A stretch of 64,000 bases of DNA from Balanoglossus misakiensis. Taxonomy: Eukaryota > Animalia > Hemichordata. Positions 1 through 14,283 of this stretch are shown here, piece by piece. The notes under the pieces were generated by a model, which was not told the DNA's origin, did no database searches, and saw only the letters and a list, made by a program, of their open reading frames with translations. Both the position numbers and the translations under genes were made by a program. Location of the stretch: NCBI GenBank assembly GCA_040954595.2, contig CM082595.2, positions 1,738,635-1,802,634 on the forward strand. Reading direction: 5' to 3'. The first letter of the stretch is position 1, and every line of letters starts with the position of its first letter.

Positions 1-9
1 TATTGCCAG

Positions 10-1299
10 CTTTCCGCAAAACCCAAGACCCCGTACTCGCATTCTTGGTGGTCGGTCGGTCCACCCCGGTTCTTGGCCGTGGATGACGTACTTGGACATC
101 CACGCTCCGAGCTACGACATCCATGACGCGGTATGCGGGGGTTCCCTGTTGAACGAGGAATGGGTGCTGACAGCTGCGCACTGCGTGACCAACCCTACGC
201 GACTTTCAAGGTCCTTTGGACAGCTCATACCATTCAGGTCAATTGATGTGTCCCTTGGAGTACACAGGCGTTCTGCCCTCGACGGGAATGTTCAGCAGGT
301 CAGTCAAAGTTATAGTGTCGTCTTCATCCCAGATAGTAAATCATTTTTTTATTGGCCTACAATTTCTTTTTAGTTTTTATTGTGTCTAAATTGAAGATCA
401 GAGATGTTTATGATCTGCTGTTCATTATCTGTGCCACATGATCTATGACGAGTGAGGAGTAAATGGTATTCGTATCTTTGCTTCCTAGCCAAGTGTTGCT
501 GAGATCTTCCGTCATCCTGACTATAACGTTGACACATTTGATGCAGACATCGCCCTCTTGAGGTTGGCCAATCCCGTCAACTTCACCGATCACGTGCGTC
601 CAATTTGTCTACCACCAAGTGAAACCATCGTTGTCAACGACTTCGGTTTTGATGAATATATCGAGCGAGCCAAACCTCCTCCCGACGATTCTGCGGTTGT
701 GACAGGATGGGGTCTGACGTCAAATAGCGGCAGCGCACGTTCAGATATACTACTGGAGGCGTACATTCCGATAGCCAATCAGACGGCGTGTGTTGAGGCG
801 TACAGACCAAACAATTGGCCAGTGACTGAGAATATGCTCTGCGCTGGCTATGAAATAGGTACGTCATTTTCATGCCATTTCTTGTCTTCTCACCATTTTG
901 TTATTTTTCTGTTACAAAGATTCCGAACGAACCAGTATCACTTTAGCTCATGAACTTCCATTTCTTTAGCATAGAAAAAATCGGCCATCTTGAAATTGTG
1001 TCGATCATTTTCATCACTCACCCAGGTAGCAAAATCTATCAGAGTTAGGGAGACTTGCAGACTAATCATGTAACATATTCCCTTGTTTGGAAACTCATTC
1101 AGGTGGACGTGACGCTTGCAGAGGTGACAGCGGCGGCCCTTTGATGTTCCTCGACGAAGACACCTTCCGTTATTTCGTGTTCGGAGCCGTCTCGTGGGGG
1201 CGCCCTGGTGAATGCGCAGCTCCGGAATCGTACGGCGTGTACTCGCGAGTTGGAAACTTTTTGTCATGGATCAAGGAAACCATCAAACTGCCGCGATGA
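10..1299 (+). CDS. Trypsin-family (S1A) serine protease, C-terminal catalytic domain; 5' part lies outside the window. Exons ~10-298, 489-858, 1103-1299
   Basis: Activation site R|ILGG; catalytic motifs LTAAHC, DIALLRL and GDSGGP; Asp in the S1 pocket (RDAC); VSWG and YGVYSRV. GT-AG introns are phase-compatible, and AATAAA follows at ~1365. Confidence 0.93.
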
Positions 1300-2034
1300 A
1301 AAAAGAACTAAACTGTGCATTCATCTGTGAATGTGTATTCTATTTCTCTGATAAAGATGCATGGAAATAAATTTTATATTTGATGACACCGCATGTTTGC
1401 ATTATTAGACTTATATAGCGGAAACATATTTTTGCAATAGATATGCAAACTATATCATGTGTTTTGAAAACATCGTAGTTTTATCGGCTGTGCCTGTAAT
1501 TCCTCTGTTAGTATGTCAAGAAGATTAAAAAGCAACGCCGTCAAAATTACATCTTGTCTTGTTCTTATTTGTCACCGCTCAGATAGCGTGTCAGAATAAC
1601 GAGATCAGCCCAATGGATGATGTCAATTATCGAAATTCACTTCATGAAAAGCTGCCGGGTAACAACACCTTCAACGAATAATATTTGACATTAGTTTGAT
1701 AGCAACAAACTCTTGAATGTTCAGGAATGCTTGTAATCCATTATATATAATAGACTGTGGTCGACACGCCCTGGGAGATTCTTTGTAAACTGTATCTGTT
1801 AGCGGTTGAAAGAGTGCACATCGTTTTGATTGAGCTATTATTACACTTGAAAGTTGATTAACTGGATAAAACGGAGCTGTCCGTTACTTAGTCTGTTGAA
1901 GTGGAAGCAATTACTCCACTGAATGGCAGTGTTACGACAGATCTGATTCCGAACGACAATACGATTGGATGTGCTTCCATGATGCACCTCAAATCCGTCA
2001 TTTAAAGGTCGAACAGAAAACAACTTTGCGCCAC

Positions 2035-3252
2035 ATGTTCAAAATGAAACTCCTAACATCGCTAGCATTCGGACTTATATTCTTTCTGCACATAGGCCTA
2101 CTACCAACTGGTAGGTATTACATATTTACCCATTCTAGTCTAACAACTAACTACTGACGTTTTTTTCGCTGATTGAAGCAAACCGGTTCTCTGGAATCGG
2201 TTCAAAGCAAAACGACCGAACTCGATACTCTATTGGCCAAAGATGCCGGAAATTTCTGGCAGCAGAATAGCAACGGTAGGATAAGTTGCCAAATATAAAC
2301 CAGGGTCACTTTCGATATTTTGCAGTTCTTTCCACAGAGGAAACCGTAACAATAGGCACTGGGTCTGGGGACGGGATAGAATCGTCCACCCTTGAATCGG
2401 ACAATTCCACGTGGGCATCGGAAATATCTGGTTCGGGGTCCGGATCCGGGGAAGAACCGAGTATCGTCGATTACTCGTCCTACAGCGATGGCGCCTCTCA
2501 GCGATTTGAGAAATCTTACAGCAGCGATTATGATGACAACCAGGATGTGACTGTCTCGGACAACGATGACGATGATGGATACCCACAGATCATCCCTTCG
2601 AATTTCCTGAAAAACTTCTGGGATAGAATCTGGCAAGATTACAGCGAGACCACAGATAGTCCCGAAGAAACTGCCGCGACGGATGAAGGTCAGTATGACT
2701 TGACGATTCGGAAGTTCTCGTCATCAGCAAATGCTTGAGTTTCACCATCTTCTTTTTATGGTGACGAGGACCATGGTGGTTGTGGTGACGACAATGATGA
2801 TACCAAACTTACATATATTAACCAGATGTTTTGTTTTCATTCAGATTGGGCAACACCATGGTTTAAAACCTTCGTCGCCACCTTTACCGTCCTATTTGTT
2901 GTGCTTGTCATCGGCTTGGCGACATGGATTTATCGCGTAAGGGGACTTTACGCCAGACAGACACCGTCACCAGGGGATCGACGTGGTCCAAATTGGCCAA
3001 AACGACGCAAATCCTCGGTAAGGAGTGTTTATGTCGTCGTATGTCTTTCACGTCTTATAGAAAGTCAACCAAACAATTTAAACTTCCAAAGATTTTGTGG
3101 GACAAACAATGAAAGAATTATTACGTCTATAAAGTAGCTAGTAAAAATGTTTTAAATGGACTCACATTTCTTCTTGACTTCAACAGATCGCTGGGCACCC
3201 AAACTCGAGTTCTGGGACGTCGGTTTTACCAGCGGATACAGGAAGTGTATAA
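2035..3252 (+). CDS. Small type I membrane protein, proteoglycan-like (~221 aa). Exons 2035-2110, 2338-2688, 2845-3017, 3187-3252
   Basis: Signal-peptide exon MFKMKLLTSLAFGLIFFLHIGLLPT; acidic ectodomain with Ser-Gly motifs (GSGDG, SGSGSGSGEE); TM FVATFTVLFVVLVIGLATWIY followed by a basic tail. Intron phases 1,1,0 give an open 666-nt CDS. Confidence 0.75.
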
Positions 3253-6200
3253 TCATGGCCTCTACCAATCCTACCAGACCCCGTCACACAGAAACATCAA
3301 ATGTTAAGATCTCCTGGCTGGAAGAAAGACAATACCAAAAACATAAACATAGTCTTATATCTTAGAATGGCATCAAAGCTTCGGCAAAATCACCGTTTAT
3401 GATGCCTTGGGTAACCCTTAGTTTTTTTTTGTCCAAAAAGGATGTATTTGACATGTTAATATTTTCTTCATAAGACAGACAACTTATCGATTATTTACAA
3501 AAACGTCTCAAGTGACATAACAGCAAAACCACAGAACTTTCTATGCAGCGCCAACTACGCCATAAGCTCACTGACCCTGTAGTGTTGTCGAATGGCTTGG
3601 AGCACGTATAAGAACCGAGAACTTGGCGACAACATAAACACTATTTATCACCCTATTGACATAGTGATAAAGTTTCTCTTTTCCTTTTATGATGACAAAT
3701 TAGGGAGTTGGTGTGTTAAGAAACCCTGTTTTTATGCTGATCTATTTTCATTTATCCCTGTCGTATTGTTATTGAGAAATTGATTCCCTTCACTGGCGCT
3801 TATAACACCTTCACCTTCCCAATTGTTCCGTGTTGTATATCCTTCACAAAGGGTGCCACACACCCTATTACCATTTATTGAGACTGGAAAATGTCAAGGC
3901 GCTGCCATGGCAACAGGTCCTTCGGACGACGCGCCGGCATGCTGAAGAATGCGTGGCTGTTTTCACAAAAGGTTGAAGTTTGTTTCGACAGTTTTTGTGT
4001 AATCGTAACCTCCGTCGGATATTAGGCTCCAAGTAGAACACCCAATGTGGAGACGTGTACATGTAATTGTAATTTTGTCGGATTGTATTTGGATTATTAT
4101 ATCGGCTACCTTTCGGGCGCATCATGAAAACATTATTTGGACACTCGACTTTATCCACACAATTCTTGTATTGGTGTAAGTTACTAGCAAACATACATCT
4201 TTTATAACATTTACAATACCTTAGTTTTAAAGTTTGTAACGCAGATTAAGCATAATCGTCTTTTTGCTGCTGTAACTTCTCAACCACGTTTTGAGACGAG
4301 AAACCTGGACGAGAGTACAAAGACCCGAAAGAACAAACAAACATATGACACGGACTACAAGAATGGCCTTTGTCGAGTTGAAGACCGCGAAGACTGAGAT
4401 CATTGACGACGCTAACACGGACGAAATGTTCGCTGCACGCAAGGTCACGTTGATGCAAAAAATCGTTTCCGATTTGCTTGATTCCCCTAGGAGATATTTA
4501 TGTCAAGGGCTTGGGCATTTAAGGCGCGGTCTGAACTTAATCGGCGTTCAATTCGACAAGACAAATGTTTACAACTCTATGGTAGCAGAAAATCTTTGAA
4601 AGGGGAAGTTACTTTGATAGTTGTGATACAGAGATCTGTAATACAATCTCATTCTTGGTGTGATTCAGAGTTGAAGTGCGACCCTGATCTACTATACCAA
4701 CTCATGAGTGACTGACATGTAACACTTAACGAAAGTGAGGTAGGCAGCGGAACATTTGCTGGTCGAAGTTTTAACTAAAATATGAAGATAACATAAACTG
4801 AAACGAGTATCTATGACGGCAAGTATGTGCGAGGTCCTCCATTGCCCCTGCATAGACGTCAGACTTTTCGTACCACACCACAAACTTTTTTGTTAGATCC
4901 ACTGCAATGGCCGGCAGCTTTCAAAAAAAGACAATCAAGTAAAAATGACCAGGTCGTTAATTCGTACACATCAACGCACAAACGCGGAGTCGACGCCAGA
5001 ATCACACACCCGGCTGTGCCTTTTATGCGCATTTCATTGATTTTAATATTGTCCAGACTTTGAAAGCGAGAACAGTCGATGGCGAACAGAGTCACCTATT
5101 GGCAAATGAAAGCCACTACTACAAACTACAATGCGCATTGTAGAAACCCATGGGAACCAGACAACAAGAATAGCGAATAATTTCTCCCCGATAATCTAAT
5201 TACTCTATCACTTCTTCTTTGTTGCTACCCGTGTTTGCATTTGTTTAGTCGGTTTTTCACTGTTTCGCAAATAAATAACGACCATTGTTAACGATCGACA
5301 CTGGTGCGGAGCTGGCACTGAAGGATTTTTTTCGATGGTGCGGGCAGTGTGATTAAAACTCGTACTAAGCCCGGTGCAGGTGAAAATCTGGATCGATTTG
5401 AACGGTGATCATTCGGCTGGTAACTCTTCCGGGGTTCTGAATCGATAGTTTAAATGTTTTGTACATCGCGATCGAATGACCACAAGATCAGCTACCCTGT
5501 GTGTGATCGTTCGCATTCTGTTGCTCGTGTACCTTATCGTCGATGCTACGCTACAGCACCGTGAAAACCGCGGCTCAGGAGAGAACAGAGCTGACGCACC
5601 CATCCGATGACTGTGCAGAAACGATCTTTGTTTTGTAAATTGTCTTGTTTGGGTCGAAGTCATCGACCCCACCCTCAGGCTGTTAAACAGAATTGGAGAA
5701 ATTTTTTCCACTGATAATATATTGCTCATCAATTTCGAGAATTTCAAATGCATAAAATCATTTTCTCTATTTCGAAATTCCACATGCGGGTTTTATAACT
5801 CGCCTAAGTAGACAAAACCTATTTAAAGCATTACTTAGCCCCCCTCGTAAAATAACTGAGAGAAGCCCCTTACCATGGCGACCTTCCAAACTACTGCTTA
5901 GTTTAGATGTTATTGTCTACAAGGTATGCAACGGAATCTGCGTATATACACCATCACGAGGCCACACAACTCTCAATGACATTAATTTCCCAAGACGTCA
6001 TCGTTCAAGTGGAACTATGAATACCCCCTTTCTTTCCGTGGCTACAAGCATAAGATATATGAACAAGCTAAATTATAACTGTGGTATCACTTCGCTCATT
6101 AATTCAGAAACGAGTTCAGATAAGCACCATGCCCTTGTTTTAATCATGTCAAGTACAAGTGATATGGATTGTGAACTTGTGTAGGAAAACATATGGCTGG

Positions 6201-6652
6201 TTTCCAAGTTTCTCAAAGAGACTAAATTCACAAGTGTGAATTGAATGGATATGCAGCGTGCGCGTTGTTCGGGTCGTTCATTGTCACTCGCGCTAATTGG
6301 ATAAGCGCGATCAGTTTTACGTCGAATTTGATTTCAGATGGTGTAAACCTTGTGTAACATTTTGAGATGTCGTTGACGATAACCATGGTTTCAACCAGGC
6401 ATCCCCTAACATATGATTTGAAATAAAGTTGTTCCTTATAATAATGAATTAAAAAAAACACTGTACAACACTTACTACATTACAACAATGGATATGTTTC
6501 TTTTCGTGTAAGTTATTCATATCATTTGGACAAAAAGTGGTAAACGCGTGACGTCATGAGATTGTTGTCGTCATCCGGCGGTTCTTTCAAGAGGGGTCGT
6601 TTAGAACCAGTCACCCCGTGTGTGTATGGACTCCTAGTATCCATGGTGGGTG

Positions 6653-6662
6653 TATTTATAAA
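6653..6662 (+). promoter_or_regulatory. Candidate TATA box of Cys-module receptor gene A
   Basis: TATTTATAAA ~125 nt upstream of the signal-peptide ATG at 6784. Confidence 0.4.
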
Positions 6663-6783
6663 TCTCGGCAACAATAAGCGATTGGCAGTCAAGTCTCTGC
6701 GATTTACTCCTCGGATCCCGTGAAGTCAACAGCCTTGGAACACACCAGTTGTTTGTTATTGTAAACCAAGCACCGACCAGGAC

Positions 6784-9700
6784 ATGATCCGTGTTCTAGT
6801 TCTTGCGTCTGCTCTGGCAGTCGCTCTTGTTCCCAGACTCACTGTCCACAGTATAGGTAAGTTGACTATTTGACCACAATCGACCCGTTCTGACAGCGAA
6901 CAAGCGAGATATCACCCCCATTTGACAATTGCACAATCTCATATTGAATTTTTGCTTCCATTCAGAGCGGCTCGAGTTTTTCAAAGATACCAGCCGGGTC
7001 GTTTGTTAACGGCTAACTGAGCTAATTTAGTGTAATACATTTAGTTGGAACTGGTTAATTATCAAGAGAACAATGTAAACCAATATCACGATACCAAAAA
7101 ACTCCCCGATTGTAAAAATCATTGACTTACACCAGTAACTCTAACTTAAGACATTCGTTGCTAACTAATGCACAGTGGAGGGACTGTGACCAATGCTATT
7201 CGGAGTTTTTGGAGCACAATTCTAAAACGCGCTAAATCCAGTTCCTATAAAAGAACTCTAAATTCGAAGTTCTCCTCGAAGCCCTCCACAGCTAGCCTGA
7301 CACTTTAACTCAAGGGCACTTATAACCCAAGCACTATTGTTGCAAAACAACAGTGCCCTTGCTTGTGTCCCGTTGAAACGTTTACGACCAGTGCAGTCTT
7401 TGGATTATGACAAGAAAATTCAAATTAAGTATTTATCAGATACGTTAAATATTAACTCTCTATTCTACCCTTTTAAACGATGCACATTTCTCTCTCAGGT
7501 TTATTTAAAAGCAAATGGGTTAACGTTACTACAAAAATGTCAATGCACAAACAAAGGCTGTACACCACATAAACAGTCAATGTCAACAAGAGAACTTCGA
7601 ATTGAAAATTGTATCTTTAATGTCCGTTAAATGTCGATAACACTGTCTGATCGCACCACATGAATTGTGACACACTTGGATTCCATGGCAACTAATATCA
7701 GGCCACACCATCTACAATAATAGGAGACAGGAGATATATTACTGGTTTTACTGTATTCCTATTTCTTGCCTGTCACGTGGTTGCTGATGGCTGACATCCA
7801 AAAACTAACGATCTGTTTTTTGGCTCAAGCAAATGAATCAGTAATCGAACACTGTGCCTTTCTCTGGACAACGGTTAAGAAGAAACCTTAAACGGTACAA
7901 AAATCACTTTTCCCCTTCTCTCCTCTTCTCATATATGATGGTATGTTGAGAGTTCTTAAAGAGGTCTCAAATATCAACACTTGATTTCACCCTGGGTCAG
8001 AAACGCTGGTGATCTTAGAACTTCTCGTATTGGTCAGACTTTGCCAAGAAATGGTTCCTATTCTAGTGACTAGTTATCGGTTTTAGGCATCATTATGCCA
8101 AGTAGCATCAATGGGGGAGAGAGGGGGGGGGGGGGGTAAATGATTCTGAGAGAGACATTATGGGTATTCGTGCTGAGAACTTCCGTGCACAGATTAATTA
8201 CTTGAAAATCTTTCCCCTAGTACTTTAACCCGGACAAATTTAAAGTGATACCGTATCTGGACATCCTCTTATTGAAGAGAAAAAAAATCTTGAAACTACA
8301 ACATGTTTTCTTGTTGACACTTATGTTGCCATGGTATCATCGTAAACGGTAGCTCATTTCACGCATCACTATTTTCTCTAATTCCATCGTCAACAGAACT
8401 ATCCATTGACTGGTGTGTACCGTGTTTTATAGCCAAATTGGTCAGCGGTAATTAATGTTACTTACAAGGATAATGTTATAGGCTTCTTATTGTTGCACCG
8501 GCTTTTGCGCTGAGAGGTACCGTGTAGAGGGTACTTACTATCAATAGCATGAGTCAGACTACGGGGTTCCAGAGTTAGATCACCCTTTCACGTTGGGAAG
8601 AATATATATGTGTATACATGCAAGAGTTTCTTGACAACGCGGTTCAGGAATGTTGTCAATAAGACCCTCGTGGATAACCCCCGTGGTTGATATTGTTGGA
8701 GAACAATTCTGTACCATGCCTTTCCCGAACAAGTGTTCCAAAACGTTTGAACTAGGGTTAGTGGGTTCTGCCCGAAGCAGTGAACGCCAGATTTTTTCCA
8801 ACTCTTATTATTACGCGAGGTCAACACTGAATTGTCTTATACTAAATTAACACTCATTTAAAGAACCCTGTACATTTACTTGGAGACAAGCTAAGGTTCT
8901 CAGAAATATATGTGCATTGTCTATTACATACATTCAACAGTTATGCAGTGGACCTGTGTACAAAAGGTTGTGCGCCCTTTTTAGAACAATCCATAAACAT
9001 AAAGAATTCTTCTTCGACCAAACAACCATTATAGTACGTTTTCTTCAGAACGTTTGATAGCAACGGAAGTTTTAGCAAAAGGGCAAGGAATCTGTTTTTA
9101 TCACCGATTATGTGTCGTGAAGTTTCATTGTTGAATGGTTTGATCATAAAGCTTTAGAAGACAAAAATACACATAAAAAGTTGACTGCGTTGCGTGAGCG
9201 ATGAGAGACCTCGAAAGCGTCAGGTCGGTGCTTGCCAAATATTTAAGGCGTTGGTGTTTGTCTTGTCTGCCCTATAGCCGCAAGTTTAACCATGGCCCGT
9301 TGAAAAGATGGAACCTTGCATTGAAATCCATTCGTCTATGCAATACAAAAGACCACAGATACACACGTCAACACCTTTGACCCTATCTCAGATTTTCGGA
9401 CTGCCTTGACGGATAGCAGACACACAGAAGTCAAACACTCTTTTGGTTATCCAAGTTGTTGTCGTATGTACTCGAGCAGTCATAACAGTGCAAGGCGTAT
9501 AAGAAGTAATACGATCATTATCCGGCTATTTGAAGTAATACGCCAAAGTCAACAACTGTCTCTACAACAATTACGTATACATTAGACCTTACTTTGTGAT
9601 CTCTTAAACATTTCTCAGGTTTTTTATGTTCCTGACAGGTTCCCACGTTTTTAGGTGTGTGGTAGTTTGCGAGATGATTAAGTTGGTTTGTATCAAAGTA

Positions 9701-12700
9701 TGCGTGTTTTGTTTCCATTGGGTATGGCACTGTAGCGACCATACAGCTAATCCCCCAAATCCGACCATGACCATCAGCATTCCATGGAACCCAAACATCA
9801 GTATTCCATGGTCAAATATCACAGTCAATTTAAACGATGGAAATTTCTATAATTATGTATACTTGACACCACCACCACCACCACCTAGACTCAGAACTCC
9901 AGCAAATACACAGTAAATATTATCCTATCACTATGGTTACGCTGCATTAATGCGTGGGTAATTTGATGACCTTGAACGCTGTCTTTGAGTGTCACGGTAA
10001 ACACCTGGTCATTTGTATGCCCCTCTATAGTAAACCGTTGAAACGAGATGTGATTAGTTTTGTTAAACACGGCTAAGTCTAATATTCCAATCAAACGCGT
10101 TTGTGTGTGCTTTTCATGGTCCCCTACGAATAATCTGTTTGTCATTCTTTAAAAACCACGAAGGTACATTGAACTTTATTTCCATTTACCAACATAATAC
10201 TTCCCCATGTCGTTGATAATAGACAGAAAGAAAAGCAAAGAGTATGGATAGAAAGAGATAGATAGGGTCTTGAGGATTTCCACTATCACAGAGGCGCGCA
10301 CTACATTCATCATATTGTCATTTTTTCCTTGCTACCTTCTATCTTTTCTACCCGCAGATCTGTGTGACCATTCTTGCGACTACGCGAACGACAGTTCTTG
10401 TGACGATGCTGGGCCCGGGGCCGATTACGCGTTGTCGTACTGTCCGTTCGGTGGCGACTGCGTCGATTGTGGCGTTCGAGTTCACAATGATACAGAACGT
10501 AAGTGTAGAACGAAACTTTTCCTTCAAACGTAACTTCCTAAGTTGACTAAATAGGAGGTCGAGGTTTGTGCAAAATTATGAGCACATACCAAAAACACCT
10601 GACATCGCCTCTTCATTGTAACACACAGGTGCATTTGTGGCCTACCCTTGAACTTGTTAGCTTTATTAAAATACTATTACTGATTTATCGATTTGCTATG
10701 AGGTATCTCTCCTTGGAAGCTCAATACTAATACCTTGGAATAATGAACGGAGGGGGCTGTTCTTTCCAAACAATGAATGCACGAAAACATCTCATCTCTC
10801 CTGCATCTACACATTATTATCACACAACAACTATTTACGAAGTCAGTCACTGTAACGTTGGTAAACAAACCTTGAAATTGATGACGACATTTCTCGATAT
10901 ACCTGACTGAACAGAATGTAAACTGTCCTTTTTTTACTAATAATGGTCTGTCCAAAGTCTGATCAACCTGGTAAAATACAGTAGAATAACTTGAAACGTT
11001 TTCTATGTTTCTGAAGCTCTGTGCATGGATTCGTGTGATGGAGGAAATCAAGATGGCGTTTGTGATGACAGTGGTCCCGGAGCGACTACTGCATACTGTT
11101 TCTACGGCACAGACTGTTCGGATTGCGGACCCAGATGGCTCACGGGGCCAGGTGAGAGCTATTTCAACGAACGAAAAACCCATGAGTAATAGTAGAATTA
11201 TCCTGGTGGATTTATGAATCGATTCTTGTGCTTTGTTTCAAGGTAGTGATGAATTGGCGTTTGGAAATTAACTGTTACTGACCGTTCAGACTTTCTGGAT
11301 TTCATAATAACACGTGACATTTCAGACTTGTTTGTTTTACTGTAAACGTGTTATTTTGTGACTTAACAGAAGAGCTCTGTAACAACACCTGTGATTATTC
11401 AAGCGATGGATTTTGTGATGATGGGGGCATCGGGTCGCTCGCGCAGAGTTGTTATTATGGCACCGATTGTGACGATTGTGGCCCTAGGTATTATGGTAAG
11501 ACAGCGTTCACTTTACTCTTTGCTGTGTGTAGCTCATTTTGTCCAGGCTGTTTATAATAATTTTTAATCTAATCTGCGAGTCTGAGCCCTAAGCCATTTG
11601 AAATTAAAGAAGAGGTGAATATTAAATTCAATACGAAAAATTAGTAATGCATGGTTTATTTTCAGTTTAAGGATTGGGAAATTGTTGATTTTTAAATTTT
11701 TGGAAAATTTAAGCATCATATTTCACGTTTCTTCTGTTGCTATTCTTGTATGTGTACAGAGGAATACGTTGGGCCAACAGTGGACTTACCGGTACCCACG
11801 GAAGCTCCTATTGATAGTAAGTATGGCTAAAGGTGCCTGCGAATTCTTATATCGATTGGTCTATTTTTATACATGCCGGAATGAATGAACGAACGAATGA
11901 ATGAATGAATGAATCAACGATTATATTCACAAAGTTTCTCTCTATTTTTCTAGTCGAGTGCTCCGATATTTGCAAATATGCGAAAGATAATTTGTGTGAC
12001 GATGGCGTTGATGTGGATCACGAAGAAACTTATAGCTACTGCCAAGTTGGAACGGACTGTACAGATTGTGGACGTCGAGAAATCAACATTTCTGCAGGTA
12101 TGTCGACAATGAATGCCATCTCTACAAACATGAACGAATGCATCATCTAAACATCTCTGTAAAGAGCTTCCACCCGCCCACCATTTAGAATGTTGAAATG
12201 ACGCAAAAGCATAAAGTTTTACTGCTTTTGCCAGACAGGATTTTATATTCACAAAATCTACTGTGCAAATTCTCGCATGTACAATATGGCCTGCACAAGC
12301 TTTCACACCAGTTAATTTACTGCAATCGTTTGTGAATAGCAAAGTATTGTGAAATATATCATTGTGTAAAACGACAGACCATTGACCTGCGGTTACCTGA
12401 AGAACCCATCGAATCTGACCATTCTCTGCCATGCAATATTTCATTCCTTAGCGCACGAGCAAAAACACATGTATATTTGTCATAGTTCCTGTTCAACATC
12501 TGCAAAGACGACATGTCTATAAAAAGTTTTACAGAGTTGTGTAGCACCGGCGACTTTTGGAGTTTGTAAAAATTAGAAAATTAACCGACGCATACTAATA
12601 TTTTCCCTGTTATAGCTATTTGCCTTAATACGTGTTCAGAAAAAAATGACGGCGTTTGTGACGACAGTGGTCCAAACGCAGGCACATTGCAATGCGTCTA

Positions 12701-14283
12701 CGGTACAGACTGCAACGACTGTGGCCCAAGATATCTGACAGGACCAAGTAAGTAAACAAGAGTATTAATCGACATTAAAATTCAGAAAGACGTAATCTAT
12801 GGTAAAATGGACCATTTCCGAACTCAACGAGACCCTACGAGGTTTCGTTGAATCGACTTTGAATCAAGATATATATAGCCTTTCATTGAAATTTATAGTG
12901 ACCAAGAAGATGTCTGAAGCAGTTTACACGGCTCAGTTACCCGGGACAATATACCTGTACAAGTATCGTATCATGGTTCCCTCAGGCAATCGGCTACAAG
13001 CCCTTGTATTTTATTAGCAGATGTAGAGGTCAAAACCACTGTGCTAGCGAGGCGTGTTTAGTCACCTTGGAGACGAATTATGAAAGCAAGGTTTGTTTGA
13101 TCGAGCTTAAGAAAGCGCCGAGGGGCTGAACAAGCGACGGACGAATTTCTGTGTGACGGACAGGCATCAATGATGACCAACACAAAGAACTGAATGGCGT
13201 GTCTGACCAACCAATGATGTTTCATCTTAATATTTAAATTCCAGTCGAGCTTTGTGATGATTCATGTAATACATCAAGAGATGATTCGTGTGACGACACA
13301 GGCTTTGGATCGGCTGGGAGAGGCTGTCGATACGGAACAGACTGTACAGACTGCGGGACAAGATTATACGGTTTGTATTTGTATTAACTTTTTTTCGTAT
13401 ATCGGTCACTGATTATAGGATTGTCAACTGATACACGGATATAAGCAGGCTTTGACAACTGATTTCTTTAATAGCTGATCATTATAGTTAGCTGTCGAAC
13501 TTAGGATCAGGGGAAAATCGAGCTGGTTATTTTTTTTCAGTTACGAATTCCTCTGTCACTGAGCGAAAGTTCCAGATCCCCGTTTTCGGGCGTTTTACAC
13601 AACTGTTTTTTGATCACAAGTAGCGAGGAAACTTCACTTCGTGTCATGCGTGGGTGTGCGTCGAACGTAAAAGCCCTTTTGAAGCATTTACTTAGATGAA
13701 TACACACGTAATCTTTTTTCAATAGAAGTCTACCCGACGATGGCTGCAACAACGCTCGCTGACACAACCAGTGAACCCTCGACAGGTAAGTCTATTGTCG
13801 GTGAAGTCAGAATGTCTCTTGCAGTATATTCTCAGAAAAATCATTCCGATTCTTCGCTAAGTTAAATCTTTCAAATTTTGAAAGCAACAACACTTATAGA
13901 AAGGGTACAACAATCGCTATCTTTTGAAAATCATCAGGAATTTCTCAAGTTCAAACTCGCTAATATTATGTGTGTTCTCTGTTTCTTTTCTCCTAACCAA
14001 AGTTGACGTCGAAAGTCTTCTGATCGCCGTATTGATCCTGTTGACAATATGCCTCGTGTTAATGGTAGTTGGTTTGGTCCTCTCGCAAATATTCAACCAC
14101 AAACTGTTACAGACGATCAGGTCGAGTAACCGCCCTGATAACACCACCGCGGGAGACGGACCAACCGCGAACGAGGCTGCCAATTCCAACAACCATCCAC
14201 CGATAGCAAATTCACATACAGTCCCGGAAACGGCACCTATCGAAATGAAACCTGTCGAAATGACACCTGTCGAAACAGCTTAG
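6784..14283 (+). CDS. Cys-module receptor gene A (~424 aa): signal peptide, 6 six-Cys modules, Thr-rich stalk, TM, short tail. Exons 6784-6856, 10358-10498, 11017-11151, 11370-11495, 11760-11816, 11954-12097, 12616-12747, 13245-13370, 13726-13785, 14003-14283
   Basis: Exon 1 MIRVLVLASALAVALVPRLTVHSI ends in G|GTAAGT (phase 1). All internal exons are phase 1-1 with AG/GT ends. Each module reads CxxxC..DGxCDDxGxG..CxYGTDCxDCGxR. TM LLIAVLILLTICLVLMVVGLVL. Total CDS 1275 nt and open. The link of exon 1 across a 3.5-kb intron is inferred. Confidence 0.8.

Noticed and set aside
3592-5783. Several 60-124 aa ORFs (e.g. 3868-4194, 4291-4599, 5409-5783)
   Set aside because: No recognisable motifs or consistent splice structure; possibly decayed repeats, but I cannot support a call.
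9626-9916. ORF with a hydrophobic/Cys-rich start, an ISIPW repeat and poly-Pro, as a candidate first exon of gene A
   Set aside because: Its only good donor (9913) is phase 2, incompatible with the phase-1 module exon at 10358. The signal-peptide exon at 6784-6856 fits instead.
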